Program-made: the position numbers and the translations under genes
Assembly: GCF_001949145.1 (NCBI RefSeq)
Contig: NW_019091356.1
Coordinates: 1,925,667 to 1,989,666 of the forward strand
Length of the DNA stretch: 64,000 nt
From: Acanthaster planci
Lineage: Eukaryota
Reading direction: 5' to 3'
Notes under the pieces: model-generated
What the model was told of the DNA's origin: nothing
The model's input: only the letters and a program-made list of their open reading frames with translations
Databases searched by the model: none
Shown: in pieces, positions 12,101 through 22,870 of the stretch
How positions within the stretch are numbered: position 1 is the stretch's first letter
Layout: each line of letters opens with the position of its first letter

Positions 12101-15100
12101 CGAGTGCTTCCAACCCTCTATCTCTAGCCTGCTGAAATGCCGTTCAATGTTGTCTTCAGAACTGGCAACGTGTCTTTTTAAGCGTTGGTTAATTGTTTTT
12201 GATTTGTTTACTTTTGTTTGTTTAGATTTTTTATTTTTATGGCATTTTCCTTTATGTTTCGTTACGCACTGAGCTACCGCAAGCCCATTAACCGTAGAAG
12301 TTTTGCTATTAGTGTTTGGGTGGATGTAAAAGTCCGCAGCGGAGTTTCGAGTTAGTGGTCAGGACTTTAGTAGTGCATGGTAAGAAGCCATGAAGTCTTT
12401 ATATTGTGGCTGTGGATTATGCCACTCGTCACAATGTTGGCAACATATTTAGCCGTGCAACAAATCAAGTAAGTGGCTTTCTATGAGGACAGATAACATG
12501 ATGAAACCAGCTGATCAGCTAATCCGTTTGTCCGCAAGATTGCCTGGGTATTTGGCCTGTTGCCTTCAGCAACCCCTCGGTTCCCGGGGTATGCTACGCC
12601 CACGAGAGTTATCAGAAGTTCAACTTTGAGGGAGCCTTAAGCTTCTGCAGTAATCTCCCCGGTGGTTCTTGGTCAGTGGTGGACATCGAGGATGCCGAAG
12701 AGAATCTCTTTCTGGAAGCCTGGAACAGAGACAATTTCCCGTAGGTTTTGCCATTTTTTAGATAAATGTTTAAAAAATAGATAGGTTTTACCAAAATTTT
12801 GCTGAACACTATATACCAAAGCATTGAAAAATCTCTAAACTGTACCACTGTCTTCGTGCCACATAAAGGTTGTTTTACGAACACAGAAACTGTTGATTAA
12901 AACTGTTGCTATATTTCCTGTCTCCAACTCTGAAATATCTTTTTTGTCAACAACTGGGTGGCAGCCCAATCGAAATCGTGATAGATTCTACTTTGTATAA
13001 AAAATGATAAAAGCATTTCGGATTGAACTTGGCGATAAGCATTTTATGCAGTTAACAACATAATTCAGTTTTAAAGCTAATTCTGTGCATGTTGAAATAA
13101 CTCCAGCAAAAACAATGGCTACTGGATCGGACAGAACGACCGGGAGCAGGAGGACGATTGGCGGTACATCTCCAGCGGGCAGTGCCCGGTGTACCTCAAC
13201 TGGGAAAACGGCCAGCCCAACGGCGACAGGCTGCAGAACTGTATGGTCATGTTCAAAAGACCCAGAGGAGAGTTCGAGGACAAGGACTGCAGCGAAACTT
13301 ACTATTCGTTGTGCAAACTGAAGAAAGGTAGACACCCCTTTATTTGGTAGTGCATATACTTATCTATTCTTTAACCCATGGTTGAATCAGGATTCTAAAA
13401 GTCGTTTCAAAGAAAAAGCCCTAATTTTGTTTCCTTTCACAACTGGAAACCTCAGTGATACACTATTGATTGAAATTTGTTATGGGCTGAGTTGCAGCAG
13501 TGACGAAGTACTTTTGTCAAAGTCTTGCTGCCCAAAATTCACAGGGCCCCGTTGGCAGTTATTTGTTATCTACGAGATTCCTTTGCTGAGAGTCTCGACT
13601 CCTGTCATCTCTTCGATCTTGACAAACCCGTTTTGCCAGTGTGAACATTGAAGTCATATTTACGTTCTTTCCGAGTAATGGAATTTCAGGAGGTCTTGGC
13701 ATCCATTTTTTTTTGCCCTAGAACTTGGACCGACCCAAAGCTCGACGCGTAACTGCGACGGTGCCACCCTGCCGCCTGAAGTTGCAGGTAATTCTTCGTG
13801 AAGTTGGGTCGAATGCGATGAAGATTCAACGGGGTTGTGTCGAGTGCGATTTTTAACTTCACCCTGCTTCACTGTTAGATAGTGTTATGTTGTTATGTTC
13901 TATTATAATAATGGATAAGTGCTTTGTTTTATGATATCAACTGACTGATTCTGCCTTCGTAGCTGTGGTGCGCCTGACCACGAGCATTTTGGTGATTGAG
14001 GTGTATATGTTCTTTTATGTTGAAGCGCATGTGTGACCGCGGGGAGGTCATGTAAACCTCTTAAAGGTCCAGATTTTTCCTTAGTTTGACATTCTGTTAT
14101 GCATTATAGCACCTTCAAATAAAGTAATAAAACAACACACGACTTGACATCCTGACTTTAGCTGACACTAGGCCTAGAGTTCTCGACTTGAAGTTCCCAC
14201 ACGGACTCGAATATAAATTTGATTGCGCTATTTCTCACCTGAGAACCGACTTGACTTGGAAACAAGGATGACTTGGAACTCGCTTGACACTTGTGGAAAA
14301 TGACTTGGTCTTGACTTATAAGCAGAATTCTCGGTTACATCTATGGGTGATACATCGGCCACAGTGAACTTGATGTCGTTGTAAACTCTTGGATTCCGTT
14401 TGGTTTGAACAGAATGTGAGACGTTGCACCCCGACGCCTTCGGCAGCGCGGGCAACCCAGGAGCGTGCTATCTCATGACAGGCCAGCAAAAGACGTGGGA
14501 AGAGGCCGTGGCCTACTGCCAGGACAAAGGCTGGGAACTGATGGACATTGAAAACGCCAACGAGAACGACATACTAGCCGCCAGATTCAGAGACTTCAGA
14601 CCGTAAGGGAAAGCTACGGAGTACCAGATCTCTCTGCTTACACTCCCTAGACGGATCTTGTGCACAAATTTAAAACTTCCACTATTTCTTGCCGTACAAA
14701 GAGTGACACTCCGCTAAAATGCATTCAGCACATGGAATTTAAATAATATGCGCTACATAACAAAGTCACACCCCTTCTATTAAGACTTCGATATAAGGGC
14801 CCCCAAATTTCCGCTTTCAAATGAAATTTGGACTGCAATGAAAAGTGGTCTCTCATGGCACCCAGCCTGCCATATATTTTTCCTGTTATTACTGCCGATT
14901 TCTTTGTATCATGCGCACTCCATATAGGCCTAGTATAATTTCTTACCACACCAACGGAAGCCGATTGAACAGGTTGGAGCCAGAGTTGGATAAGAGCTCG
15001 TACAGACTTTGCTGTCACCGCTAGAGAGTATAAGAAAAACGAACGTACACTCAGCAATATCATCTGGTTGGTTGACATTCCACACAGTTTGAACTTCAAC

Positions 15101-18100
15101 TACTGGGTAGGGCAGAACGACCGAGACGTGGAGGGAGTCTGGAAGTACGCCTCCAACGACACGCCGTCAGATGCAGGCGTGTACCTGAACTGGGGGTCGG
15201 GACAGCCCAACGATAATGGAGAGCAGGACTGCATCATGATGGGCAAATCGGGTACCTGGGAGGACAAAGAGTGTTCCGATTACTATTACGTCACCTGCAA
15301 GAAGCGTGTCGGTAATAGCAATAGACCGTATGCGCGGCGTCCCCAATTTCAGTCGTATTCCTGAACGTACAGTAGAAACCCTTAATGGGATGGTACCAGG
15401 TGATTTGGGGGGTCGGAATGAAACCGTAGAATATTGTTTGATTCTTTGAATTTAATGTTTTCAAATAAATACACTACGTTGGGGAATACGAATACGGTCT
15501 ATTCATGATGCAACTTTTTAGATTATCATTAGTGGCATTAAATTGAATACAAAATACCCGGGTTTCCGATGTATTAAGTCACGCCCCATTCTGTTCTGGC
15601 CAATCACAGCCGTGATTTTTGTCCGCCATGCATGCACAAAATTCTGACATAGATGCGTGATGCGCGCGGCTGGAACACTGGAGAAGCTGAGCGCATGTTG
15701 TGTTGACGTGCGCAGTGGGTAGGGCCTGCAGGGCTTACTCGATCGTTTTATTTCAGTCATACCTTTCTCTTTGAAGGAATTTAGGTTAAAGTTGGTATGT
15801 GTAAAGAACTTAAATATTTTCCATTGCTTGATTTTTCAACAAGTTTGTGAGTCAAAGTGATTTGCTTATAAAATGAGATTGTTAACTTAATAGGTTGGTC
15901 TTGTTTGCAAGGTTGTGGTATGTTTTTATATTACAGAGCAAACACCGACTACTGCCGCTCCTTGGACCGATCGTAAGTGTGTTTTCGATCTCTCTATTTT
16001 CATATTGAAACTACAAGTTTCCCCCAAAGCCGAGCTACGAAGACACTTGCACGGATTACAGAATTCGTAATGTCGATACCATGAGCTGGTGTCTCGATGC
16101 TGTGATAATGAGAATAGTTCACAGTGAAGTTGGGGCACAATATATCATTTTCCCCCACAGGAGAAGAAAGGAAGTAGTGACTAAGGCCGTGTCCGAAACG
16201 GGCTTCCAGAGCTACGGCTAGGTCTATTGTCTACGTGTCTCCACGCATTTCCAATGGACTGAAGACCTAGACTTAACTCTAGACAAGAGATTCGGATGCA
16301 GCCTTAGTTTTCCTTTAATTGATCCTCACCACCAAAGCTTGCCAGAGGTATAACGAAAACGCTTTTGGAGACGAGGGTAAACCCGGTGTGTGCTACGCCC
16401 TGACCAACCAGAGGGTGACGTGGGAAGAGGCGCAGAAAGTTTGCCAGGAGTACGGAGCCGGATGGAATATCCCTGATATCGAGGATGACGCTGATCTTCT
16501 GGCGTTGGTGACGGTTAACAGTCGCTTGTTCGGGTAGGGTTTTCCCAATATGATATCTCTTCGCTCATGATTAGCATTATTCGTGATGAGGTTACAAACG
16601 TTCGAGCGTTTCGACAGTTTGGTATTTCACGTGGCATCGCGTTTTGAACTTTTAATACGGATGTAAGAAAAATTAAGGGGGGATATGTGGTCGCGTAGTA
16701 TTTGTTCTGGATAGTCACTGCCATAAGTTGTTTTGAGTAAAGGGTACTAAAGTTAATCAGTTACAAACTTCCCTTTAACCCAGGGTAACACCAAATTTGT
16801 GTTGGAACATTTAGCAAATAAATGGCCATTGAGACTATATCGACCAAACGATGAGAAATCATTCCAACGGAAACTTAGCATCAGTTACATGTAATTAATT
16901 TAGACCATAATTGGACAAACAGTGGTGAAACATTCCCGATTTTGAGCATAATTGCTTGAAATGGAACAAATAACGTACGCCTTCTTCGTCCTTTATTAAT
17001 CGGAAATGTGTTGATTTGGCAAACGATCTCACAGATCGAACGATGGCTACTGGATCGGTCAGAACGATCAAGTATCAGAAGGCACGTGGGCGTACCTGGA
17101 CCCCGAACTAACGGGTCCAGTCTACGAAAGATGGGACTCATCGGGTACCAACCAACCAGACGGCGGTCTGAGTGAGAACTGCGCCGTCTTCCAACAGAGC
17201 CGAAGCGGGAAGTTCAAAGATGTCGTCTGCGAATCCCAGTACTTTGTCTCCTGCAAGAATCGTAAGAACCATTTCATCAGCTATGTGTAGGTACAAAGTG
17301 ACCTTTTAATCTGACATTCTGGGGAAAAGTATGATTCTACAACACTTTTGCCTGACAGGAAATGCTTATACTCTGGGCACGAGTGAGGTTAATGCAGTTA
17401 CCACGCCCAAACCGAAGACTGACGCAAGTACGAATCGGTATCAAACAACAGAGGGCGCTACCACCCCATCACGAATAGGTAGGTCCAGATTTGAAACTGC
17501 AGATTAACCTGTACGCGCCCTAAATGTCTTTTTTTTAACCTCTCTTTGGGTGCTGAGGATTCTTTTATGGATGAAAGAATAGACAATGATCTAATTTCCA
17601 TTGCCCTATTTTGCCCTGTGTACCCCCTCCATCCCACTTGATGTATGGCGGTCACTTTTTCTTCTTTTTGGCTCCACATGAGGCAATTTCTTCAAGCTTT
17701 CGTAAAGTAGAACTCGCTTTCTCAAGGACCCACCGTTATCGTATTTCCATAACTTCTAATTGCTCGCACGAAACGTACACGCTTTTTTATACAGCTTGCG
17801 TTGCAATTAAGATGTGAAACCAAGACCCTTGTTGTTAACAGTGCCTTAACCTTACGGGAACACTAGACGGCCTTGGGTGGCCAGAGATGAGAGGGTTTTA
17901 ATATGGTGTTGGAGAATTTAGTGGAGTCTCCTTATTTTTCTTATGCAGTGGTTCCAAATTCTCACTGTTGAAAAATTCAGATTTATTTAGTAAAATAAAA
18001 ACTGGTACTGTAATGTAAAACCCTCACAGTACATGTTGTAATACATCGACAAGAATCTGATCTCTCCCTCCGTTTAACACCGATAGAGGGGGCCCTTTTG

Positions 18101-19016
18101 AACCGCTTCCGGCGTCGCTACACTTTATGGGATAGTGAAATGTATATCTTTGTACAGATCAATTCGAATTTTAAACATTACTTTCTGAGCAGGAACCACG
18201 CCGACTCCCCCAACGACAGCTGCGAGATCACAACCGACTATTGAGGGCGTTACACAAGAACCGTCCTCAGGTGAGACTTCAAAAATTTCTTTGTGCTTAA
18301 TTTCAAGTGAAAGAAAAGACTGTGGAGTTGTTCAAGTTTCTGAATCTCCACGATTACTATTGACGATTTGGATCCTCTCTGCTTTGCTCAGTTGTCTGAT
18401 TTTGACCATTTTGGGGCAGCCGCCCCACAGCTGGCGCCCTCAACGATGAATGCGAGGCTATAAAAGACTACTGACCTAGAATCAGAGTCCGAGCAAGCTT
18501 CAAAATATTATTGTTTGGCTATGGCCACAAATAACACATGAATATATGTGTAATGGATGAAGGTGTATCCGCTTTTTGGCAGAAGAACCCCCCCCCATAG
18601 GTTGAAAAGAGCCTTGTTGGTGTGGAGTGTTCTTTTTTTGTTGCTATCTACGTGACCGCAGCACATGCACTTCATAGTTGTTTGTTGCTTGGAAATCGCT
18701 CCTCAGAGACCAATCAATTACTTAATGAAATCTGCCATCTTGTTTTTAAACATCAGTTTCTGGTCCGGTCACTGGATTTGGACGGTTTGCCTTCAGGTCC
18801 TCGGACGCAACATGCAGCAATGTGACTACCCTCTACACCTCCGCCGCCGAGGACAGAATCCACTGTGCGCGGAAGTGTTTGGTCCAGGGTAACTGTCGAA
18901 GCTTCTCCTTTGCGGCCTCTGGGAAGGAGGACGCGTGCGAACTCTGCAGCGAAGTCTTGGACGCTGAAAGCTTACGCTTCAAAACAGGAAGTGTGTATTA
19001 TTTCGAAGTGCAATAG
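9124..19016 (+). CDS. Secreted multidomain C-type lectin: signal peptide, 4 CTLDs, Thr/Pro linkers and a C-terminal PAN/Apple-like domain (~797 aa)
   Basis: Exons 9124-9223, 9863-10157, 11009-11250, 11820-11876, 12539-12740, 13107-13327, 13722-13787, 14413-14602, 15088-15311, 15937-15972, 16338-16533, 17035-17261, 18193-18270, 18757-19016. All GT-AG with consistent phases, total 2394 nt. Four W(I/V)GQND...W...QP(N/D)...C...C domains. Hydrophobic N-terminus WMSLIVFLMLAVGGKA. Final exon has C-x3-C..CRSFSF..C.L. The exon-6 donor could lie slightly further 3'. Confidence 0.9.
9587..9760. mobile_element. MITE-like inverted-repeat element in lectin intron 1
   Basis: Left arm GTGTGTGAACGCCTTTAATCGTGGAC; reverse complement of right arm GTGTGTAAACGCCTTCAATCGTGGAC. 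Internal CCCTATTGT and CAACCGTGG repeats. Confidence 0.7.
9863..11250 (+). CDS. CTLD 1 (exons 9863-10157 and 11009-11250), QPN motif
   Basis: CSEIHNQAFG..PGVCY...ARAYC...DIEDEVEN / FWIGQNDLKTENTW...LNWKSNQPNGGLRQNC...FQDRSC....YYLCK. Confidence 0.9.
10724..10975. mobile_element. MITE-like element with internal GACTAG/CTAGTC sub-repeats
   Basis: Ends CACTCTAAA ... TTTAAGAGTG; repeated CAGTAAAATTTGACTAG and TTTTGACTAG motifs inside. Confidence 0.55.
12539..13327 (+). CDS. CTLD 2 (exons 12539-12740 and 13107-13327), QPN motif
   Basis: CLGIWPVAFSNPSVPGVCY...ALSFC...DIEDAEEN / YWIGQNDREQEDDW...LNWENGQPNGDRLQNC...FEDKDC...SLCK. These frames are not in the ORF track. Confidence 0.88.
14140..14320. 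repeat. Degenerate GACTTG-rich repeat (probable DNA-transposon remnant)
   Basis: Many GACTTG/GACTTGAC motifs clustered in lectin intron 7. Confidence 0.35.
14413..15311 (+). CDS. CTLD 3 (exons 14413-14602 and 15088-15311), QPN motif
   Basis: CETLHPDAFG..PGACY...TWEEAVAYC / YWVGQNDRDVEGVW...LNWGSGQPNDNGEQDC...WEDKEC...VTCK. Confidence 0.9.
15320..15503. mobile_element. MITE-like element in lectin intron 9
   Basis: 12-bp terminal inverted repeat AATAGACCGTAT ... ATACGGTCTATT, with inner CCCCAA/TTGGGG pairing. Confidence 0.65.
16182..16306. mobile_element. Tourist/Harbinger-like MITE
   Basis: TAA-GGCCGTGTCCGAA ... TTCGGATGCAGCC-TTA: inverted ends with TAA/TTA flanks. Confidence 0.6.
16338..17261 (+). 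CDS. CTLD 4 (exons 16338-16533 and 17035-17261), QPD motif
   Basis: CQRYNENAFG..PGVCY...TWEEAQKVC / YWIGQNDQVSEGTW...NQPDGGLSENCAV...FKDVVC...VSCK. Confidence 0.9.
18757..19016 (+). CDS. Terminal exon of lectin gene, PAN/Apple-like domain
   Basis: catcag| phase 1; ...RIHCARKCLVQGNCRSFSFAASGKEDACELCSE...YYFEVQ*. AATAAA follows at 19093-19098. Confidence 0.75.
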
Positions 19017-19119
19017 ACCAACGTTCATGTTCCCGTAAACATGGAATCTTGAAGGACACATGTAGCAATCATTTTTACTGAAGTGAAGCTTCAATAAATT
19101 TTTCGTAGGCACTACTTTT

Positions 19120-19615
19120 CTTCATTCTTCTTCAATGTATGAAAACTCTTTCACTTTCCTATTTTGTTAAATGCACTGGAAATGCATACTTTAAACGATT
19201 CAAGTCAGCCATACTTTCCCAGACAACTGAGGGCGCTGTTGCTGTGATGTCATCAGGAGAAGACATGGCTTGTGTATAGGAACTAGGCGTTTCTGTTCAA
19301 ATCGTGAACCCAGAATTTACTCACTGAAAATGTTTCTGAGAAAGGGATTGTTGGTTTCCTATTGCAATGCACATGAACAACAATGAATCAACAAAGAAGA
19401 GAAACTGAGTCCAGGAAAAATCTACAAAAATGCGGACCTTTTTTGTGTGCAAACTGATGTAACACTGAGGCTTCTTCCTAAGGTGGCGTCACAGTTTTGC
19501 TTATGAATATGGAAGAACTCATTGAGCATATGCCCTTTGAAAAGTTGAAAATAAGGTTAACTGAGACACAGAGGTGTAATTTGGAGGGGGTTTTTTTTAT
19601 TGATTGCAGCTACCC
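19120..19615 (+). repeat. Dispersed repeat family, copy 1
   Basis: Shares blocks GAGGGCGCTGTTGCTGTGA, GAGTCCAGGAAAA(A)TCTACAAAAATGC, TATGGAAGAACTCATT and GGTTAACTGAGACACAGAGGTG with the copy at 24025-24715, and degenerately with 57065-57572. Confidence 0.85.
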
Positions 19616-22572
19616 TTAAACTAAGTTGTTTGTAAGCTTATTTGCATTTTTTTCAGAAACGCATCGACTGTGTGATTACAGGAAAATTTATTTTGAAACT
19701 TACAGAAGTCAGAATTGGTTATTGCAAGTGGCAGGGCAAACAAAGAGGTCCTCGTTATTGTCAACTAAATCTCTGAAACCTCTTTCAATTATAGTTCGCA
19801 CTTCGGACACATTTTCTTGTCTAGACAGAGACATATAGGCGTACTAGTTTGAAAGTATACGATTTTGTCAGATTAGGTTTTGTCAAATTCCGCTTTTCTC
19901 GTTTTATATTGTTCAGAAAGATTCCAACCATTGTTTCCAAATCCACGCAAAGCCGTTTACAACATGCGACCCGAAGGGCCTTGTTCTTTTTAACGGTTGT
20001 TCAAATGGTTTGAATCTGTGCTTTGTTCGGGGTCGCCTAAAGAATGTTGAGTTCTGGCTTTTAGTTAAATCTCTTACGATCCAGGAAGGATTGAATCCTT
20101 AACCATAGTGCCTTGGGAAACGCCAGTTTTTAGATAACAGTACCGCACCCCATTGTAGGCCTAGAGGTTGTTAACTGACGTTAGGAAAGTGAATTCGCCC
20201 TGGACTTTGGAAAACGCAGGTGAGACAATCATTTATCACTGTCAGATTGACGACTAATTTTTATGACGGGATAAGTGACACCATGTAAAAATGTGCGAAA
20301 TTTTTGGAATTCTGCAAATTAAAGTATTTCTCTTTCGCAAGGAATTGAACACATTAGCTTCATCTGAAAGAGAGTCACTGTTGGAAGTTATGCTGAACTG
20401 GTTGGGGTCGTACATTTTTGTTTCTTATTTCGGAAATCTAACACTAGACAGGACTGTATAGAGAAAAACACAGGTTGTAAGTTTGGCATTAGTGTATACA
20501 GTATTCATTCCCATGAGAACTGTTACACTTTATGGTACATTAGATATAGTGACATTCGTTAATATAATGCAAAAAACCGGGGGATGTTGCTGGGCCGAAA
20601 TGAACGTGAGAGAGCACCTAGCTGCGGTGCTGAACACAATTCTGGGTATACGTAGGCCCTTATTGTGTGAATTGGCAACCCTGAGGGTATCTGTGTAACA
20701 GGGAGCTCTTAATGTGCATGCAGCCTGAGTTGATTTACTTTGGTCAATAGTCAAGCATTGCAGTATTCAGAAGTTGAATGATTCCTTTATAAGCCTATCA
20801 GGTGACATTCGTATTTAAAGCATTTGAATGACTTTTCGTTTTAGTTGGTTACAGTTAAAAAGCGACTCCAAAAGGCTACAATAGGAATTTTATTCCTGCC
20901 GTGACTCAAACCTGACAAGTGGTCACCTTTCAAGTACTGATTACTTGCTTACTAAACATTTCTGAAATTTACTTTGTGCGTTTAACTGAAAGTAAATACA
21001 TGCAGAACAAAATGCTCATTTTCATTTACGATTACGGTCCCTTTGGAACAAGTTTGTATTTCACTCAAAGGGTTGTTTTTGTTCCAAAACATAATCCGTA
21101 TGGAGTGTTTGGCATGCTTGACCCCGGATGTGATAACATTCGTAAGAAGAGTGGGCAATGCATACCTCAATCTGTCCATATCTTTTTCGGTCAGCATTAT
21201 GCTCTCTCCTGTTGATAGCTTGACACATTTTCTACAACCCCTTGACCCGGAACACCTCTAGGCTCAAATTCCCGGAAGCAATATTACTTTTTACACAACA
21301 CGCTGGGGGCACCCGACTTGAATAAAGGATGTAATCGTGGCTCTGGAGGATCTTTTTTTTCTTCAAAGGCCGACATTTCAAAAGGGAAAGCTTCCATAAT
21401 GCATGAAAACTTACTAGTCTCCTCTCAAGAACCGTATCCCACAGGGAAGTACATGGTGTATGCCCAGACAGTTGTGTGATAAAAACACACGCTTCCACAC
21501 GTCAACTTTGCTGAACATGGCGCCCTTTTGCAAAGTAAACCAGGGACATGACATTCTACGAATGCCTAAGTACATTTGAAAATTACCCAAAGCAGATTAA
21601 CAACACAATTGCGGGGTCGTTAACCATGCAAACGATGCAAAATGCTGAACACTGGATATGTTAAGTCAATTTCACGTCAACTGTATGTGCGATCTGTGCA
21701 CATCGGCACTGTTCCTTTTCATAATTTTTTTGGTTGTTTTGGGGGTTTTTTTTGCATAGAACTGCTGTGTGTATATGTACTTCGAACACAAATCAAAACA
21801 TGCTCCGGTTACCTGCCAAAACAGCACGAAAAGTCACATTTGTGACTGGTCCCCAACAATGTCACTAAGAATGTCCACGCGCTGAAAAAAAATCTACAAT
21901 TTTTCTCCATGTAGTCAGATTAGAGTTACAGAGAGAAACCATTGTGATAGAACAATCTAAAACAAAATAAGCATTTCTTAGAATTGGCATTAACTGGAAT
22001 TAATTGCGGAGAAATTTCAGAAATACGCAGCACGATGAAGGTTGAGCCAGCTCATTTCACCTCACTGCGTTCAACGGTATTCAGTTTAAAGCGCCTTACA
22101 ACTATCTATTGCACGAGTGAAAATTAGCAAGACAAGTGTAAGCTCTATTTTAAAATTGGGAAACAACTTTTAGTTGGGAAAAGCGATGGAATAGTATTGT
22201 CCCGTTTAAATTCTTCGCTATTTTAATACAATAAATGATTTCAGATTACTAATAACAAGTTGTTCACCAACAAACTAGTTTTGTTTGTTCCTGTAATCAC
22301 GATCTCTGAAGCCAATACGTAAAAGCAACGAACGCACTTTGGGTGAAAGGCACAGCGATTTGGAAAATTCTATGTGGGAAAAGTCTTCCCATTCTTTCTG
22401 AGCTCTTTCCCTAGGTGGACAGAGGCGTTAAACGCTGTTCTAAATAATAAGGGTTAGTCAATTGCCCTCATAGAAGTGCAGATTTCAACCAGGTACCAAG
22501 TATCCATCAACAATTTGGTGCTTCAGAAATCACCCATACACACTTTCAGTGTGGATGACGTTAGAGCAGTTC

Positions 22573-22870
22573 TCATGAATATGCATTGGGACATTCCCCT
22601 AGGTGCAGCTGCACGACCCCGGCCCTGTGGAGTTTCTTTAGGTACACGAACTCGTCGGGGAGCGCGTGGAATCGCCGGTAACCGTAGTCGAACTTTCTCC
22701 CCACACGATCGAGTGGGTGGTCGTAGTGGTAGGGAATAGGCCTCCCCTTGAAGTCTGGGAAGGGGTAGAACCCGTACATGTGAATCTCGTCGCAGAGGGC
22801 GCTGGCCATGTTGTACATCAGCAGGCCAGTGCTGATTCGCTCCTCGTCGATGCCCTTTGATGCCCAGTAA
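22573..22870 (-). CDS. ST8SIA3: ST8Sia last exon (sialylmotifs S, III, VS)
   Basis: ttctcag|TTACTGG; YWASKG...STGLLMY...CDEIHMYGF...PYHYD...HALPDEF...GECPNAYS*. Confidence 0.93.
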
